Source: Octopus sinensis (Eukaryota). Taken from it: DNA of 64,000 nucleotides. Shown here piece by piece: positions 1 through 12,536 of the stretch. Location: contig NW_021832833.1 in assembly GCF_006345805.1 (NCBI RefSeq), positions 36,138 through 100,137 of the forward strand, read 5' to 3'. A program made the position numbers and the translations under genes. Each line of letters begins with the position of its first letter. Positions within the stretch are counted from its first letter, which is position 1. The notes beneath the pieces are model-generated. The model worked only from the letters and a program-made list of their open reading frames with translations, was not told the DNA's origin and ran no database searches.

Positions 1-399
1 ATTTATGGACTGAACATTTAATGAAACTTTAAAATATTCCAGTAGAATATTGATGGTGTTTCTAAGACTGAAGCTCAAAGCCTTGTTTTATCACGTATGA
101 TAATACATTAGAATACGCTATCATTGATAATCCTAGTTTAATTTCTGTTAGTGTAACACGTGAGCTTTTATATAAAGAAAATATACATCGTGACCAGATG
201 GTCGGTTCCAAAGTAAACACCAACAGTAATTAATTTAATAAATGATAACCTATCCATATCTTTTATGCCTAATGGTATTTATTATACAGCCCAAAGTCTG
301 TCTGAGTCTGTGTATATGTGTGTCTATGTGTGTGTGCGTGCGCGCGTGTATTAGTATCTATTTTCATCTATGTATACAAATTTTCATACAGTATTTTAC

Positions 400-590
400 C
401 TTCATATATATCTTGTTGTCGATACAGCCGCATTCTGTTTCAGGTACACACTGTTCACCACTCAGAATAAAGCCTTGTCTACAAACACAACCTTGACTGG
501 AACCTGTGCAATTTGGTGATCTATCAGCGCACGAAGGTTGACAGCTGCTAGTCTTGTATTGGAACTCTTCCTTTTCCTTGCATTTCATCG
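400..590 (-). CDS. TIL domain exon
   Basis: tttattccag|CG ATG AAA TGC... gives CKEKEEFQYKTSSCQPSCAD...CTGSSQGCVCRQGFILSGEQCVPETECGC, donor AAG|GTAAAA, phase 1-0. Confidence 0.9.
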
Positions 591-974
591 CTGGAATAAA
601 ATACAATGGAGAATCATAACAAACAGGTATTTTCTTATAAATAGCAAAATATTTACGAGGAACACAATAACTATGTCGATAATATGTAAACCTTCAGTGC
701 AATGTTTTGGGAATCAAACAAAATATCAAATATTTGTCTGAAAATTTATGTATAAGAAACAGGGATGGATCGAATTCGAAAGTAATAATCAACTTAAATT
801 CTAATAAATACAAATCAAATCTACCAAGTCTCTACAATATATCGAAGAAGAATTGTGTCGCGTATTCAGTAAGGTTTGTTGAAAAAAGGCTGATATCTAT
901 TCGCAAATTTCTTAAGTAATGCACTTGGAGGCATTTCAGAATTCTATACTTCGTTATATATACATACAGAAATA

Positions 975-1322
975 CGAGGTCTGATCACTAAGTATACGGA
1001 CTGTTGCGATAGTAACGAAGCTAAACCACGTAGACTGAAGCCGCTTGGCAGGAATTCACTTTGGATACGGTTGTGCAAACTCATGAAGTATTAAAGTTCT
1101 AGCTCACTTCTGCTGTTTACAGCAGTTCTTGGAATGGACGCGTGTAACATATGATCGTCGCATTGACCATGCCAGAGAAAGTTGTCATGGTGATACCAGC
1201 TCAGAGGTCGACGGATAGTTGCAGACAGTGTACGCACCGCGCACAAATGTACGAGTGGTCCAGATATTTGCTTTGGCTTCGTTACTATAGCAACAGTCCG
1301 GATACTCACTGATCAGACATCG
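975..1322. mobile_element. Mariner-type MITE
   Basis: About 50-bp imperfect TIRs (cgaggtctgatcactaagtatacggactgttgc / gcaacagtccggatactcactgatcagacatcg), TA at the left end, no ORF. Confidence 0.75.
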
Positions 1323-1528
1323 AAAGTTTTTTCTTGAGTTTATGAATTAGTGTTATCTAAAAGCCCAAACAGTCGAACAATATATATTCGAAGGATTTAG
1401 CAAATATTATTTCATAGTCTCTCGAAGAACTGAGATGTAATTCGACAATATCTTATCTTGGACACATCAAGATGTAATGCGCCATATATCATGTTCTTAG
1501 AGGAATGTAAAGAAACAGTAAATCTTAC

Positions 1529-1797
1529 GGCATTGTGATATTTCTCTCCAATTAACGAAAATTCCCACACTTTCGCATTCTGTAGCAAAACCTTCAATGA
1601 TTCGACAGAAAACAGAGTGGTGGTTCGTAGGATCATTGTGATAACTACAGACATCGATTCTACAAGACTCCAAGTATTCTTCTAGATGCGAAGCTCCGAT
1701 CTTTTCAATGCAGGCTTCAAAGATTTTGTCATTCATTAAATCACATTCTTTTGTCTGCTCCTTTGAACAAGTCGAATTAACATCATTCACTTTGCAT
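1529..1797 (-). CDS. C8 domain exon
   Basis: ttttattttcag|A TGC... gives FEACIEKI...YLESCRIDVC...FCRIIEGFATECESVGIFVNWREISQC, donor C|GTAAGA, phase 2-1. Confidence 0.9.
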
Positions 1798-2129
1798 CTG
1801 AAAATAAAAATAGAAAGCGAAATGATGAAGTTAAGAATAGTTGTTATGATGTATGATTTCTCATTTGCTAACTAGAAACCATGCGTATTTTCTGAGTAAA
1901 AACTTACTGGTGAGTTAATTAATTATGATTCACATCTCTCTACTTTTGTTAGCATCTGATGTACAACAAAATTCCAGATGTCAAATATTCCCTTCATCTA
2001 AAATCTTACCAAATCATCCAACATTCTTAACTCATTTCTTGCCTTATATATAAAAACAGAAGCAAATAAACAACCCATATGCAAGTCATGCATGCGCGCA
2101 TTCTTTGATCGTCGATCAGCTCGATTAGA

Positions 2130-2725
2130 ACAGTCCAATTCTTTCTCTACTCTAGGCACAAGGCCCGAAATTTTTGGACAAGGGGCCAGTCGATTAGATC
2201 GACCCCATTATGCAACTGGTACTTAATGTATCGACCCTGAAAGGATGAAAAGCAAAGTCGACCTCGGCGGTAATTTCGTAACACATTTCCTCCGCTTTGA
2301 CTGAAAACTTTCAAAGTTAAAACATAAATAGTTATTTCTACGACAGGCACAAAATCTGAGGTTTGAGAGGATGGAGTAAGTCGGTTTCATCTCGATTTCT
2401 ACTTCCTTTATCGAGTCTGAACAGATGAAAAGCAAAGATGTCTTCATCAACGTTTCAACGCAGAACGCAAAAAGCTGACAGAAATAATACTAAACATTTT
2501 GATGTGTGCCGTAACGGAAACTATTTTTATTTATGGCTGACCATCTTAAATAACCATACTTCAAGATTTCAGCACAATACCAGCGGTTTATCGGTATGGG
2601 TGCTAATCGAAAACATTGACCTAGGTTTTGACTGGTAATTTTATCGACCCCAAGATCAGAACGTATGGAACCCAAGGGAACGCCGCTAATCATTTTTTGC
2701 CACGCTCTAAACATTCTGCCAGCTC
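2130..2725 (-). mobile_element. Cluster of degraded family-1 SINE fragments
   Basis: Repeated gaaaggatgaaaagcaaagtcgacctcggcg-type cores. Confidence 0.7.
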
Positions 2726-2877
2726 ACTCATTAACCGTTCTATATTAGTTTTATAACCCCTAAAACTGACTCAATAACTGCCCATGGGCATATAGCGTAA
2801 TGGTTAAGAGCGCGGGATTCTAAATCCAAGTTGCGAGTTCAATTCCTTTGAATAATAATAAGAAGAAGAAGAAGAAG

Positions 2878-2908
<31 letters not shown>

Positions 2909-3101
2909 TAAGCAAAAAAATACCTTTGTAATGAGAACCAAGGGTTCAAAATTCTACGGAAACGTTGTGGTAACAACAAACAAAATCAGGAGACATATCC
3001 GTCTAATGTAAATAATGTGAATAATCACAGATTAACGTGAAAACAGCTAAATCTTGATAATAAGACATAATACTGTGGCATATTCATTGCGCCATTTGAT
3101 A

Positions 3102-4385
3102 CGGGGGGCGTTCAATAAGTAATGCCCCTGACCCACTTCCCATAGCAGTAGAGCAACGAAACTTTATTAGTCTTTTTCTACATAGGAACCACCCAGAGTT
3201 ATGCATTTTTCCCATCGTTTGATGCAGCTCTGGAGACCATTTTTTGTAGAAGACACCAGCTTGGTCCTCCAACCTCGACGTGACTTCAGAAATCAAGACT
3301 GCATCATCTGGGAAACGCTTTCCTTTCAAAAACAACTTCATGGCTGGGAAGAGCTGAAAATCAGAGGGTGGAAGGTCAGGAGAGTAGGGGGGATGGGGGA
3401 GGAGTTCATAGCCGCACGCCTGTGCTTCTGATCTGGCGACAAGCGAGTTGTGGACCGGAGCGTTGTCCTGCAGGAGGAGGATGCCTTTGCTGATCTTGCC
3501 CTGCCTCTTGATTTTGATAGCTTCTCTTAATTTCCTCAAAAGTGAAGCATAATAGGCTCCTATAATTGTGGTACCCTTTGCCAGGAAATCTGTCATCACT
3601 ACTCCGTCCTGGACCCAGAAGACTGTGAGCATGACCTTGCCAGCGGAGGGCTGAACCCTTGCCTTCTTTGGAGGAGGTGAGTCACGGTGCTTCAACTGCA
3701 TTGATTGGGCTTTGGTCTCTGGATCATAGTGATGGACCCATGTTTCATCCTGTGTAATCAGTCTTTTGAAAAAGTTTGACTCATCTTCTTGGCACTTCTC
3801 CAAATTCATCCTCAAGCACTCGACGCGTTCTTGCTTCTGGAAAGGTGTGAGCAACTTGGGAATCCATCTGACAGACACCTTTTGCATATGCAAATGGTCA
3901 TAAATGATAGTTTCCACAGACCCGGTACTAATTTTGACCTCATGGGCTATTTGGCGAATAGTTATGCGTCGAGCTTCTAAAATGTCAGCCTCAACTTGAC
4001 GGACAGATGCCTCATCAATGGCAGAAAGGGGCGACCAGATCTGGGAGCTGTTTCCACTGAGTTCCGACCATGTTTGAATTCACGATGCTAGCGTTTTACA
4101 AGGTCATATAATGGGGCATCATCACCATAAGTTACTTTCATTTCATCAAAGTCTCCCGTGGTGTGCGTCCTTTCAAATACAAAAACCGGATCACTGCTCG
4201 ACACTCAACAGTCTCCATTTCACACTTGACTCAGTTCAAACACCTGTAAATCAGAAACCACAATTAGTTCAGAGCTGTAATTTGCCAATTAATCTATAGA
4301 GATATAAATAATTGCACATGCAAAATTTCAGCTAGATCAAACAAATGCAAGTGGGTCAGGGGCATTACTTATTGAACGTCCCTCG
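3102..4385 (-). mobile_element. Mariner (D,D34D) transposon, full length, N-terminus disrupted
   Basis: TA-flanked TIRs of about 37 bp (CGGGGGGCGTTCAATAAGTAATGCCCCTGACCCA / inverse), 1284 bp. Motifs WIPKLL, QDETW, QDNAP and YSPDLPPSD. Frameshifts and a stop lie upstream of ORF 3084..3917. Confidence 0.95.
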
Positions 4386-4453
4386 TATACTATCAACAAT
4401 TTACATAATATTTATTTTTGATTTTGGAGTTTGAGAAAGAAAATAATCATTAC

Positions 4454-4761
4454 TTTGTTTCGGGTTTATCACTGTCATCTTCAACTTGATAACTGGCACC
4501 AATTAAAGAAAATTTATTTGCTTTCTGAGAAACATCTTCACCAGATTTCGGACGAAAGTCATCTTTTTCTCCGTTACAATCTCCACAGATTCCAGTCAGT
4601 TGATCGGCAAATATTGGTGGTAATGTAACAGTGACTCTATGTCTACCATCAAACATGATCTTCAAACCCCATTCAGTGGTAACTGTAATCCACCCGACAG
4701 AGTACGTGGCTGAAAACTCTTTATAATTTCTTACGGGTAACGACTTCTCTTCTGAATTTAT
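4454..4761 (-). CDS. VWD domain exon 2
   Basis: aattttcag|INSEEKSLPV...GLKIMFDGRHRVTVTLPPIFADQLTGICGDCNG..., donor AA|GTAATG, phase 0-2. Confidence 0.9.
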
Positions 4762-5696
4762 CTGAAAATTAAATTCAAGAAAATAGGACAGGTATGGAAA
4801 TCAAGTATTTTTTTTTATATATAATGCATGTATTATTTTTAATACTTTACTTGATTTAGTCATTGGACTTTGCCCATGCTTGAGAAGTTTAGTCGAACAA
4901 ATCTCAAATCCTTATTTGTTTTTCATGTCTAGTACATATTCAATTGATTGCTTTTTTGTACGGGGGCGAAAAAAAATAAAAATAAAAATTAATTTTTTTT
5001 TACAGAAATAAAAATAAAAATATAAATAATTTTTTTTACAGAAATAAATATTAAAATAAAAACAAAAAATAATAAAAAAATAATAATAATTATATATATA
5101 TATATCACGTGACCGACCAGACCATCAGATGTTGCTACACATCGCTGGTCACAATGCGTTCGCATTGTTTTAGCATTCGAATGACGCCACCCCGCTGGCT
5201 AAGCGAGCAGGCCAACATATATATATATATATATATAAATTTATATTGGAAATAAGTAGACTCTGTGTCAGCTGCTGACGTGTTTACCAAACCACAAACT
5301 GAAAAATATTTTGTTACTATTCCAACGATTGGAGATCATTTGGTTATACTCTTGTATTATTTTTTGTATGGCAAATCCTACGAACCGTCATAAATCCTAT
5401 TATACATATTATGATTAATTCCACATTCTATAAATTATTTTATATCTATTTTAAAGCATAATTTTTTTTTTAAAGTTTTAGCTCAGAGCTGCAGCCATGC
5501 TGATGCACCGCCGTTTTGCGCTACACTGTTATTACTAGGGGCCTCCTCTAATATGTGGGACTTGGTGAAGAATGGAGTTTGATATAGCTACCCTCATTTG
5601 CACCTCTTGCCGTGAGGTAGGCTCATCTGGGACTCTCGACATGAAGAGGTCCAGCTTTGATTTAAAAACCCCTACATCTACTTTGTGCTAATTTGA

Positions 5697-5937
5697 ACTA
5701 AATTCAAATAGCCGTATCTGCTAACGCAATTCATTTTGTCTTGCGTTTTATCTTTCCCAGCTTCCAGTGACTTTATGTTAAGTTTATATAAATACTTACC
5801 ATTGCATGCTTTAGTTGAGAATGTCGATGATATACTCTGTAAGACATCAAAACTATTCACTGAAAATACATATTTCGAACTCGGCTCGCTACCAATTGCT
5901 TTGAGTTCGGTATTCGAAATCTTTTTCCCGACTCCAA
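5697..5937 (-). pseudogene. Duplicate of the 3' end of the VWA exon plus its donor and downstream intron
   Basis: Near-identical to 8176-8313 and 7811-7914 (GVGKKISNTELKAIGSEPSSKYVFSVNSFDVLQSISSTFS). No in-frame acceptor found. Confidence 0.85.
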
Positions 5938-6191
5938 ATTTATACAGCATCATAATATTGTTTCGTTATGTTCAATATTACAAATATTTCTTTCCATAAT
6001 TCTTTCTCTTAAGAAGTTTAAGGCTTACATTTCTTTCATTAAGTCCAAGATTTCGATTATCTTCGATTCGTTCCTTGGTTCCAGTTGTTAAGTGCGTGGC
6101 ATTCGAAAATACAACGTATCAAGCAGAATAATCTTTTGGATTCTTATACATTTACATAACTATAGGGTAAAGAGAGACAAAACGTACGTAC

Positions 6192-6439
6192 CAAGATTTT
6201 GTTAGCTGGCAACAGACGAATTGTGAAACCAGTGAGTTTGACATCCACTAAACGTGTGCAAGATATACGGTTATTCCCTCGGTGTTCGTTCTTTACTTCA
6301 ACAGAAAAGTAGGTATTATTCGATCCGTTCTTAATAGTAGCCAGTGTATATTTGCATGTGCCCATGAAATGTATCAATTGTCCATCGAACGTATCATAGT
6401 GAAGGTCACCAGACACTTTACATATACATGGTTTCGAAG
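6192..6439 (-). CDS. VWD domain exon 1
   Basis: ttttcag|CT TCG AAA CCA TGT ATA TGT... gives CICKVSGDLHYDTFDGQLIHFMGTCKYTLA, donor TTG|GTACGT, phase 1-0. Confidence 0.9.
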
Positions 6440-6639
6440 CTGAAAATATTCATTATATAAACTTGTAAACATTATAATATAAGCCCCTGAATAATGCTTC
6501 GAAATGACAACATAGGTGAAATGTATATTTAAAATATTCGTTTATTATCATCGTCGTCGTCGTCGTTACTCTCACCACCATCATCTACCTCATACCCATT
6601 ATCATCCTCACCACGTAACATGTTTCTATTATTATTATT

Positions 6640-6769
6640 CAGTAGTCTTATTTTTATAGCGTGCTTTCACTTCACTATCGAGCGCAGCTTTGTGTGCCTT
6701 GGGTATGTGCTGTGGTTTGCTGTGATGCTCTTATTCTTACTGTATTGAAAGTGTTTTACATAAGATGTG

Positions 6770-6770
<1 letters not shown>
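6640..6770 (-). mobile_element. Short 3' end of an R4/Dong-family LINE
   Basis: Matches the 3' UTRs at 38984 and 43904 (cagtag...gtgctttcacttcact...ccttgggtatgtgctgtg) and is preceded by (ATT)n. Confidence 0.75.
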
Positions 6771-6937
<167 letters not shown>

Positions 6938-7493
6938 TCAATGGAGACTTATAGCACAGACAATGGCAAATAAAACTGACCACAGTTGTTCATTTTATTG
7001 ACTGCTAGGGTATGAAAAGCTTAGATAACTCGGAAGGAGATTTAATACTCTGAAGATGCAAAGGGAAATAACTTAAAACCATAAAATGTTTATCCCACTC
7101 AGTATTTACTGCTATATGCCTAGTGCTACACATTTAAAAGAAGAGCGGAGATAATTCCGTGGATCCTGTATGTGGTTGATACTTTATTTAATCCACAACA
7201 TAATAAAGAAAGGTAATATTTACTCTGCCCGTATTTGGATTCAGAATGGAGACAGCAACTAAATGCTGCATGAAGTTGAGCGTTCTACCAATTCTGCCCA
7301 TCCTTTGCCCGATTATAATAATGACTTGTATGACTTTTATTACTACCTCAGTCAATCTAAATGTATATATTTGTCGTTACCTGTCAGAAATAGCCTTTTT
7401 TTATATGCAACGTGCATTTTCGTTGATTTTTCATATTTTACCCTTACATTTCCACGTGTATTTTATATTTTCTTTTTGTAACATATTTCTACT

Positions 7494-7538
<45 letters not shown>

Positions 7539-7604
7539 TTATTTATTTATTTTATAGAAGGAGCTTCTACAGGACTAGAACTGTTTCATTCAAATGAAAT
7601 CATC

Positions 7605-7705
<101 letters not shown>

Positions 7706-7914
7706 ATATATATATAGTTCATCCAAACAAGAAAGCACAAAAAAACACAACAACGTGAGGACGTGGAACAAATATATTTATATAGCTTCAAAGCAGATTT
7801 GAATAATTTGAATTAAATTCAAATGGCCGTAACTGCTAACTCAATTCATTTTGTCTTGCGTTTTATCTATCCCAGCTTCCAGTGCATTTTATGTTAAGTT
7901 TATATAAATACTTA

Positions 7915-8147
7915 TCTATTTCTTTACTACCCACAAGGGGCCAAACATAGAGGGGACAAACAAGGACAAACAAACGGATTAAGTCGATTATATCGACCCC
8001 AGTGCGTAACTGGTACTTAATTTATCGACCTCGAAAGGATGAAAGGCAAAGTCGGCCTCGGCGGAATTTGAACTCAGAACGTAGCGGCAGACGAAATACC
8101 GATAAGCATTTCGCCCGACTTGCTAGCGTTTCTGCCAGCTCGCCGCC
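7915..8147 (-). mobile_element. tRNA-derived SINE (family 1) with 15-bp TSD
   Basis: Full ggcggcgagctggcagaaacg...gtagtaaagaaata body. TSD ttatataaatactta at 7900-7914 and 8148-8162. Confidence 0.9.
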
Positions 8148-8175
8148 TTATATAAATACTTATATAAATACTTAC

Positions 8176-8742
8176 CATTGCATGCTTTAGCTGAGAATGT
8201 CGATGATATACTCTGTAAGACATCAAAACTATTCACTGAAAATACGTATTTCGAACTCGGCTCGCTACCAATTGCTTTGAGTTCGGTATTCGAAATTTTT
8301 TTCCCGACTCCAATTGCGAATATCATAGTTCCACTCTTTTTCACCTTTTCAGCTGCTTTTACTGTCAAGACCTGATTATTTGAGTTTCCGTCTGTGATGA
8401 CAACTGCAATATTCAACACATCTTTTCGGTCACCAGACATTGCAGTGAACGAAGAATCTTTAAGGTAATTTAAAGCGGCATAGGTGTGTGTCCAGCCTCC
8501 GATGTGAGCTATTCTGTCAATCGCTGTGTTTAAATCAAGGATATTCCTGAATTTATTCAAATTAAATTGGTTCTTTACATTGGTGCTAAATGTGATAATA
8601 CCAACTTGGACAGCATTTGATGATATTGGAAAAGTTGAGACAAGTTTCTTGACAAAAGTTTTCATCACTAGAAAATCCTTTTTAGAAATGCTTCCAGAGT
8701 CGTCTAATACAAACATGATATCTGCCACAGCATTTCCACACG
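8176..8742 (-). CDS. von Willebrand A (VWA) domain exon
   Basis: 567 nt, phase 1-1, inside ORF 8123..8836. DIMFVLDDSGS (DxSxS), GGWTHT and VITDG form an intact MIDAS. Confidence 0.93.
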
Positions 8743-8790
8743 CTGAAACTAAAATGAAATAAAAATGTATTACAATAGTAATATATATAT

Positions 8791-8855
8791 ATCGAGAAGT
8801 ATTATGTAAATAAATTGATTTTCTTTGTTCACACACACCATTTTCTTTATATCAA

Positions 8856-8898
<43 letters not shown>

Positions 8899-8960
8899 AT
8901 ATAAAGAAAATGGTGTGTGTGAACAAAGAAAATCAATTTATTTACATAATACTTCTCGAT
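8791..8960. repeat. 170-bp near-perfect palindrome centred on (TA)n
   Basis: atcgagaagtattatg...atcaaata(TA)n tatttgat...cataatacttctcgat. Confidence 0.95.
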
Positions 8961-9239
8961 TTCATGTCGCCGATGCACGTTTCAATTCCTACCTTCATTC
9001 ATATATTAATATTAAATTGAATTTAAAAGGTAAAAGTCTCCTCAAAGCAAAATTGACGTAAATTCATGTACATCCTAAAGGATAGAGTTCCTTACAAACA
9101 GACATACTAGCTTGTGTGTATGTTTGTGTGTGTTTGTGTGTGAGTGTATGTGTGTGCTATGTGTGCTTGTGTGTGTGTATTTATGTGTGTGGGTGTGTAT
9201 GCCAGTGTGCTTGTGTGTGTCTGTTTGTGCGTGCGTGTA

Positions 9240-9291
<52 letters not shown>

Positions 9292-9783
9292 TGTGTGTGT
9301 GTGTGTGTGATTGTCAATAATGTATACATATGCATTTGTAGCGTCAATGGCGTTAGAAATAAACTAGATAAAAGTATCATCATACCAATGTTTTCTGCAT
9401 CTGAAAAAGATGAAAATGAGAGTCTTGTAGAATTATAAAATGAATATACTTTTCATAATTTTACAAGACCCTCATTTTCATCCTTTTCAGGGGCAGAAAA
9501 TAAGGTTATTATTCAAGGACAACGATACTCAAACCAGAAACTCCCCTAATCCCAAGGAATGTCCTAAGGAGATTTACTTAAGGGCTGTCTAATCATAATT
9601 TGCAAGGGTGGGTGGAGGGAAAATGGTACAGTACCCCGTAACAATGGAGAATATCCAACCTGTTAGGATGTACTATTCCGAAAGTTCGCCAAGGCATACT
9701 ATTGTGAATATAACCGGGCAACGACGGGATACTCAGTTAATTTGTGTGTTTGTGTGTGTGTAGAAAGAGAGAGAGAGAAAGAG

Positions 9784-9830
<47 letters not shown>

Positions 9831-10016
9831 GGGGGTATTTTGAGGAATATCATGCAAACATTCTCCTAAATTCCTAACCAAGCCATTCAACCAATCGCGC
9901 CTTTCTCAATATGCGTTCACGAGGAACCTACCTTGGCTCTTTAAATATACTTGTAAAACAAAATTTATGATAAATCTATGCCTATAAATTATGGCTATTT
10001 GTTATGTTATACTTAC

Positions 10017-10127
10017 ATGTATTACAGTAACTTCCAGAGTAACCAGGTTTACATTTACAGGTGAAACTATGTCCTTTCCTGATACATGTACCGCCGTTCT
10101 TACATGGTTTCGTATGGCATGGATCGA
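10017..10127 (-). CDS. EGF exon 9
   Basis: 111 nt. [36 protein letters not shown]. Confidence 0.87.
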
Positions 10128-10310
10128 CTAGAGTATAAAAGAAATCGATGTTTTATTTCACAATCACATCTTTATTTACAACGGAATATAACAGAATTCG
10201 CATTTTGAATTTCCTGTCTAAACCTTTTACATATTTTCTCGATTTCTCTTTACTTTTTAAATCATTTTCTCCCGTATTCTTCCTGATTTGTAGCAAGAGA
10301 AATTAATTTT

Positions 10311-10342
<32 letters not shown>

Positions 10343-10719
10343 TATCATCATCATCATCATCATCATCATCGCCAGATGCGTTAAATGATGTAGCCAGTCA
10401 TTGGGGTGCCACTAAAGAAACTTTTATTTTCAGCCATCGCCACTTCGTAGTAGGTTCGTTGTGATGTGGACTGTCCAGTCCTTAACGTTGTCAAACCAGG
10501 AATTTCTATGTCTGTGTGTGTGTATATAAGTCAGGACGCCATGATAGATCGTTAGCTCCTACACACATTTTTTCTCTCCTTTTTTTCTGTGTATCTTTCT
10601 GTCGAAGAGCGTAGGCTCGAAACGTAAAAGACTTTTTCTATTCCTGAGCGCTATACTAATACATTTGTTTGTTTGTACTCCACCTGCCTTCGTCTTTTGT
10701 TTACTTTCGAAAACTTTCC

Positions 10720-10769
<50 letters not shown>

Positions 10770-10804
10770 TATAATATATATATATTATAATATATATATA
10801 TAAT

Positions 10805-10891
<87 letters not shown>

Positions 10892-11221
10892 ATATATATT
10901 ATATATATATAATATATATATATATATATTATATATATAATATATATATATATAATATATATATATATATAAAATAGAGATAAAACCACTATTATGCAAC
11001 TCAAACAGTAATAGACATAAACCAATACATAAATAACCAAGTGGTTTTATCTCTAATTCCTATTTTATATATTTATACTGTGAAATTTGATTTAATACTT
11101 AATTGAATTTTTCCCTGTAAATTTGGAGTTATACTCCCTAATATTATTATTAGTATTATATATATATATATATATAATATATATATATACATATTTGTAT
11201 ATATATATGTATACTTTTCTC

Positions 11222-11390
11222 GTCTAGGTTCAAGGAACGAAATTTTGAGGGAGTGGTTCTAGTCGATTACATCCACACCAGTACGCAACTGGTACTTAAT
11301 TTATTGACCTCGAAAGGTTGAAGACCAGAGTCAACCTCGGTGCAACGAAAAGACAGACGAAAATCCTCTTAGCATTTCGTTCGGCGTGCT
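11222..11390 (-). mobile_element. Degraded family-1 SINE
   Basis: caactggtacttaatttattgacctcgaaagg core. Confidence 0.65.
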
Positions 11391-11843
11391 AAGTTGTAGA
11401 TATATATATATATATAGTATGAAGAAAATGGAAAGTAAAAATCAATTTATTTACATAATAGCAGTCAATTTCATGTCTCCTATGCAGGTTTCAATTCCTA
11501 CCTTCATTCATATTTTCCAATTAAATTGAATTTAAAAGGTAAAAATCACATTGTCGTGCAGTTACTGTTTACATCTCGTTCAGATATTTATTATTGCTAT
11601 GAAATGAATAGATTTTACATAATTTTACAAGATTCATTTTCATCCTTTTCAGAAGCAGAAAATAACAGTATGATGCAAGGTCAACAAAATTAAAACCAGC
11701 AGCTCCCCTAATCCCAATGAATGTCCCAAGGGGATCTATAATTTTGAGGGCCGCCAAATTTGGTCCCCACTCACACCCTATTTTTACTGCCAGCTAAACT
11801 AAATACAAATTATTGGCGACCTAATCGGAGCAATAACAATGAA

Positions 11844-12161
11844 GGTACTACTTGAGAACCGTGGTCCCAGTGCGCGCACTCGCGTAGTCGCACATCCGCG
11901 CTAGCTAGTCGTGACTAGTCGATCCTACAACGACTACCTAGCAAAGTAAATAAAACACAAAATAAATAATTTTTTACACAAAGTAAATAATTTTTGTTAA
12001 ACAAAGTAAATAAAACACAAAAACACATGTTAAATAATTTTTTCAAACAAAGTAAATAACACAAAAAAACACAAAGTAAGGATCGACTAGTCACGACTAG
12101 CTAGCGCGGATGCGCGAGTACGCGAGTGCTCGCACCGGAACTACTGTTCTCAAGCAGTACC
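11844..12161. mobile_element. MULE (Mutator)-like MITE
   Basis: TIRs of about 90 bp (GGTACT...AGTACC) flanked by a 9-bp TSD AACAATGAA (11835-11843, 12162-12170). A-rich tandem interior. Confidence 0.88.
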
Positions 12162-12422
12162 AACAATGAATTTCATACCATGAACTCACAGTGAGTATCC
12201 TAAAGAGTTTCAATTTCTGAAGGGCCGCTTAAATAGGTCCCCACTGACACCCGCAACTTTTGTGGGTAGGGAGTTTGGAATGGAACCTCGAATAATTAAT
12301 ACCAGGAAAATACATACACAATGAACGTGTCCGAGACCACTACAGTACAGAAGTTATACGTCGCAAGGTTGGCTAGAAAGACGCCCGATTGGCAGCTTCA
12401 AGGCTGCTAATATTATACTTAC

Positions 12423-12536
12423 ATACAGTACAGCATATTCCGGAGTAACCAGGTCTGCATGTACAGAAGAATTTACGACCTCTCCTGAAACATGTCCTGC
12501 GGTTCTTAAACGATATCCTAAGACATGGATTTATCA
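12423..12536 (-). CDS. EGF exon 8 (divergent; Cys2 replaced by Phe, extra Cys before Cys6)
   Basis: 114 nt, tatacag|...|gtaagt. INPCLRISFKNRRTCFRRGRKFFCTCRPGYSGICCTV. Confidence 0.75.

Noticed and set aside
2785-2850. tRNA-like sequence with A and B boxes
   Set aside because: No complete cloverleaf or acceptor stem. It runs into compound microsatellites, consistent with a SINE head.
8743-8836. N-terminal extension of ORF 8123..8836 as a stand-alone VWA gene
   Set aside because: The extension is intronic, overlapping the palindrome and polypyrimidine tract. A good acceptor at 8743-8744 in the phase of EGF9 explains it.
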